Program-made: the position numbers and the translations under genes
Origin: Candidatus Obscuribacterales bacterium
Lineage (GTDB): Bacteria > Cyanobacteriota > Vampirovibrionia > Obscuribacterales > Obscuribacteraceae
Direction: 5' to 3'
NCBI GenBank assembly: GCA_965228855.1
Contig: CBDDIJ010000003.1
Location: forward strand, 384,001-448,000
Length of the DNA: 64,000 nt
In this document: piece after piece, positions 60,661 to 64,000 of the stretch
Layout: each line of letters begins with the position of its first letter
Numbering within the stretch: position 1 is the stretch's first letter
The notes under the pieces: generated by a model
Told to the model about the DNA's origin: nothing
The model's database searches: none
What the model saw: only the letters and a program-made list of their open reading frames with translations

Positions 60661-61389
60661 ATGGCGGACAAAGGAAAGAGCGAGAAAACCGGTGGATCGG
60701 GCTCTGGGGTGCCGGTTGTGGATGAGGACCTTGTTGCGCTGGTTCAGAGTTTGCCACCTCCCAACGAATTTGCCGAGCGAGTCATGGAAGCTGTGCCGCA
60801 GGCCAGGGAAATGAAGATTTATCTGAAGGAAATTGGACGGTTTCCCGTCCTGTCCGAGTCCGAAGAACTCAGTCTCGTCAAACTAATTCAGGAAAAACCT
60901 GATGCAAAGACTCGCAAGAAGCTCAATGAAGCCAACATTCGCCTGGTCGCATGGATTGCGAAGGAGTACGCCAACGGCGAAACGTCCCTCTCCGACTTGA
61001 TCAATGACGGCACGCTCGGTCTTGCTAACTCGGTTGCCTCATTCGACATTGAGTCCGGAGTTTCCTTCCGTATGCATGCAGCCGCGTGGATAAAAAAGGC
61101 GGTATCGGAAGCGGTGGCGTTTGAAACCAGCATGAGCCGGCTTCCAGATTATCTGCGCGAAAAAATTGAATCGGTAAAACCGGTTTCGCAGAAGCTAATG
61201 GCGGCGATGGGACGCGAACCCACTCGGGAAGAAGTGGCTGATGAACTGAAATTGAGCGTCGATGAACTCGAGCGCTTAATCAAATTGGTTGGACACGCAC
61301 CTTCAAATGAAGAAACCGAAGAGATCGATGAAGAAGAGCAAGAGCTCATAGACAACAACGAATTCTACGAAAATCAGGATTACGATTGA
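60661..61389 (+). CDS. Truncated/degenerate sigma70-family protein (regions 1.2, 2, 3; no region 4)
   Basis: YLKEIGRFPVL (1.2), EANIRLVAWIAKEY (2.1), DLINDGTLGL (2.2), GREPTREEVA (3.1); ends in an acidic tail; GGGAGG SD. Confidence 0.85.
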   Translation: MADKGKSEKTGGSGSGVPVVDEDLVALVQSLPPPNEFAERVMEAVPQAREMKIYLKEIGRFPVLSESEELSLVKLIQEKPDAKTRKKLNEANIRLVAWIAKEYANGETSLSDLINDGTLGLANSVASFDIESGVSFRMHAAAWIKKAVSEAVAFETSMSRLPDYLREKIESVKPVSQKLMAAMGREPTREEVADELKLSVDELERLIKLVGHAPSNEETEEIDEEEQELIDNNEFYENQDYD

Positions 61390-61429
61390 CACCGCCCGCG
61401 GTGCTATGAACTTTCTACTATAGTATACA

Positions 61430-61640
61430 AGGGACTCCGACGAGCGCCTTCGGCTTCTGGTCTGGCTTTGCGGGAAGCTGGAGCTGCGAAAGTGCTTCGC
61501 TGTCTATCGTACGTAGACGAATTTCCGAAATTCCGTCTACGCACCATAGACAGCGGGCGATGAACATTGAGAATCCGAGTGAGCGGAACTGCAGTTTACG
61601 AGAGGTCCTTAGTTCAGGTCGATAACCTGAGCCAATGTTT
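61430..61640. ncRNA. Candidate structured ncRNA downstream of the sigma-like gene
   Basis: Long hairpin 61498-61555 plus nested stems 61430-36/61604-10, 61481-88/61590-97 and 61614-19/61625-30. Confidence 0.5.
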
Positions 61641-61773
61641 AGGTACATATATCCAAAATCTCACGCATCGCCGCTCAGCGCCTCGATATACTAGCCAAGA
61701 ACATCGAGGATTGGGAACATACGGGGCCGGCAAGCGACTGTCGATCTGGTGATTCCCGGGAGGCTTTTGCGAT

Positions 61774-62853
61774 ATGAAACTACAGCATGTTTTGGGAGTG
61801 GCTCTGGCTCTGAGCTGTTCAGCACCTTTGTGCGCGCAGGAGCTGAGACCGGAATTACCGGAATCCAGCGGAGAAGTTCAACAAGCTGAGGCCGAGCAGC
61901 AGACCATCGACATGGTCACCGACAAAGTTCTTGATCCATCAGGTGCCACACCTGCTCCTGCGACTGCGCAGCCTGCGGGAAAAGCTCCTAAGTGGTTGAA
62001 ACATCAGGCTCCGGCGACGCAGGCACCGGCGACGCAGGCTCCAGCGAACCAATATGTGCCTCCGGTTTCGAACACTGCGGCACCAAACGCCAGCGGTGGC
62101 AGCGGTTTGGTCACGGATGCTGTTGGTGGCGTTGGTAAAGGTGTCGGTGCTGTCGGGCATGGCGTCGGAGCGGTAGGTGGCGGCGCGGTAAAAGGCGTTG
62201 AGAACGTTGGTCAAGGCGCTGTCCAGGGCGTAGAGGCTGTCGGACACGGAGCTGCCCGCGGTGTAGAGGCTGTGGGACATGGAGCTGCAGCGGTTGGCGG
62301 CGGCGCTGTTAAGGGTGTCGAGAATGTCGGGCACGGAACAGTCAGCGCTGTGGAAAAGGTCGGTACTGGTGCGGTCAACGCCGCCGAAAAAGTAGGTCAT
62401 GGGGTTAAAACCGGCGCTGAGGTAGTTGGCGAGAAGACTAAAGCCGGTGCAGAAGCGGTTGGTGTCGGCGCGAAGCGCGGCGCTGAAGCCGTTGGTCGCG
62501 GAGCTGAGGTCGTTGGCGAGAAGACCAAAAAGGGTGTGGAGGCAATCGGTCGCGGCGCGATGCGCGGTTTAGAAGCGTTGAGAAACGGCGGAGCGAAGAT
62601 TTTTGGCGAGGGCGGAAGCACGCCGGCGCCGGCAGCTGGAACGGTAGCTGATGCTGTCGCTCCCGCTCCTGCTAAACCTGCTGCTGTTCAGCCTCCAGCT
62701 GTTCAACCTCCGGCGGCTTCCAGACCAGCTGCTCCTCAGGAGAGCGCTCTGGACATTCAGCCTGGAAACAGCGAAAAGGCTGTCCCACCGAACGAAGTCG
62801 TAGAGGATGCTAACGAGCCTGTCGACGCACCCGAAGGCTGGACTAATAAATAA
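61774..62853 (+). CDS. Secreted LEA-like 11-mer repeat protein with Pro/Ala-rich linkers
   Basis: Signal peptide; G(V/A)EAVG.GA.. repeats; QAPAT repeats. Confidence 0.75.
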   Translation: MKLQHVLGVALALSCSAPLCAQELRPELPESSGEVQQAEAEQQTIDMVTDKVLDPSGATPAPATAQPAGKAPKWLKHQAPATQAPATQAPANQYVPPVSNTAAPNASGGSGLVTDAVGGVGKGVGAVGHGVGAVGGGAVKGVENVGQGAVQGVEAVGHGAARGVEAVGHGAAAVGGGAVKGVENVGHGTVSAVEKVGTGAVNAAEKVGHGVKTGAEVVGEKTKAGAEAVGVGAKRGAEAVGRGAEVVGEKTKKGVEAIGRGAMRGLEALRNGGAKIFGEGGSTPAPAAGTVADAVAPAPAKPAAVQPPAVQPPAASRPAAPQESALDIQPGNSEKAVPPNEVVEDANEPVDAPEGWTNK

Positions 62854-62858
62854 GTCCG

Positions 62859-62993
62859 TTAATCGATAATTACGTTTGTACCTTCAGCGGTCAGTTTTTC
62901 CAGACCGTCCTTCATTCGCTGAAGCAGTTCCACGGAGTGTCCTTGCCAGCCGACCACCTCGCCAAGCACTCGTAATGGGTCGCGAGAGCGATA
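62859..62993 (-). pseudogene. arr: C-terminal fragment of rifampin ADP-ribosyltransferase (Arr)
   Basis: Minus-strand frame YRSRDPLRVLGEVVGWQGHSVELLQRMKDGLEKLTAEGTNVIID* resembles the Arr C-terminal pattern (YRS..PLR..GEV..W.GH...L..M); no start or N-terminus. Confidence 0.8.
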
Positions 62994-62999
62994 GCAGGC

Positions 63000-63974
63000 T
63001 TAGATGATTCCGGCTTTGAGCAGATCTTTGAGGTCGATCAAGCCGATAGGTCTGCCCTGTTCATCAAGAATTAGCAGGTCGGCGATCGAGTGTTTTTCCA
63101 TCTGTTTCAGCGCCGCTACAGCCAGGCAGTCTGACGAAATCGTCTTCGGATTCTTGGTCATGAGGTCTTGAGCCGTTTTTGAAAAGACGTCTTGACCAAA
63201 TCTGAGCAACGAGCGACGCAAGTCACCATCGGTAATGACGCCGTGAAGCCGACCTTCGTCATCAACGACGGTTGTGAAACCACATTTCTTCTTGTCGATT
63301 TCAGTGAGAATAGCGCCGTGATCCGCGCCCAGACCTACTGTCGGAACCTGAATACCGGAACGCATCACGTCGGAAACCGACATCAACTGTTTCCCAAGGT
63401 TGCCGCCCGGATGGCTGCGAGCGAAATCTTCTTTTTGAAACCCCTTTTGCTGCATCAAAACTAGCGCGATTGCATCGCCCATCGCCAGTGCTACTGTGGT
63501 TGAAGAGGTAGGCGCGAGGTTGAGAGGGCAGGCTTCGCGCTCCACACCGACATCGATCACAACGTCGGAAGCCTTGGCCAGTGACGAGTCCAGATTGCCG
63601 GTCAGCGATATGAGTTTCAAACCTAAACGCTTGATCGGGTCCAAAACCTGCTTGATTTCTTGGGTTTCGCCGGAACTCGAGAGTGCGACAACTATATCGC
63701 GCTCTTCCAACATTCCGAAGTCTCCGTGCCTGAGCTCGGCCGGGTGGACGAAGAAGGCGGGTGTCCCGGTCGATGCCAGGGTCGCTGCAATTTTTGTACC
63801 AATGTGACCAGACTTGCCCATGCCGGTCACTACGACCTTTCCAGGGCATTCCAGCAAAAGAATGATTGCCTTTTCGAATTCTTCGCTCAAGCGATCGCGC
63901 ACCGCCAGTATGCTTTCAGCCTCCAGGGTCAGGACTTCACTCGCTTTGTCGAGTAAGTCAGATTCGCCCGGCAC
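63000..63974 (-). CDS. kdsD: Arabinose-5-phosphate isomerase (KpsF/GutQ, SIS plus CBS)
   Basis: GMGKSGHIG.KIAATLASTGTP, HGD.G, EACP.NLAPTSST, HPGG, CBS pair. Confidence 0.95.
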   Translation of the reverse strand: MPGESDLLDKASEVLTLEAESILAVRDRLSEEFEKAIILLLECPGKVVVTGMGKSGHIGTKIAATLASTGTPAFFVHPAELRHGDFGMLEERDIVVALSSSGETQEIKQVLDPIKRLGLKLISLTGNLDSSLAKASDVVIDVGVEREACPLNLAPTSSTTVALAMGDAIALVLMQQKGFQKEDFARSHPGGNLGKQLMSVSDVMRSGIQVPTVGLGADHGAILTEIDKKKCGFTTVVDDEGRLHGVITDGDLRRSLLRFGQDVFSKTAQDLMTKNPKTISSDCLAVAALKQMEKHSIADLLILDEQGRPIGLIDLKDLLKAGII

Positions 63975-64000
63975 AAAAGCGGCTGCGGCTTTTGCTGGAA

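Noticed and set aside
61498..61555. Retron msd hairpin or CRISPR repeat
   Set aside because: No reverse transcriptase, cas gene or repeat-spacer array in the window.

Overview
A 64-kb gene-dense chromosomal segment with no rRNA, intact tRNA, CRISPR array, integrase or transposase recognised. The gene content points to a non-photosynthetic Cyanobacteriota relative (Vampirovibrionia/Melainabacteria, probably Obscuribacterales); this is inference from a cyanobacterial/plastid-type At5g03900 homolog, many TPR proteins, kinase-TM-LRR proteins and tandem MshEN proteins. Housekeeping genes include a stand-alone rplJ-rplL with L10 leader, tex, an S41 protease, SulP, two M16 peptidases, an M20 peptidase, DAHP synthase plus chorismate mutase, dacB, an MnmC-like methyltransferase and kdsD. 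The best finding is absent from the ORF track: the DAHP synthase/chorismate mutase operon is preceded by two tandem ribosome-dependent attenuators. Each has a leader peptide with four consecutive Tyr codons (MTRKYYYYHNDEVHQM and MSQQRTYYYYQSRTLRGSPR), an antiterminator pairing and an intrinsic terminator. Other hidden elements are three candidate structured ncRNAs (about 1.2, 49.5 and 61.5 kb), a degenerate sigma70 lacking region 4 and the melting residues, an HNH-TPR candidate defence gene and a HEPN-degenerate TIGR02391 protein. There are also degenerate GGDEF paralogs, one next to a 4x MshEN protein, a tmRNA-like 3' fragment (att scar) and two unannotated gene remnants, one being the C-terminus of a rifampin ADP-ribosyltransferase in frame after the kdsD stop. 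Family assignments come from motif recognition by eye, not from database searches.
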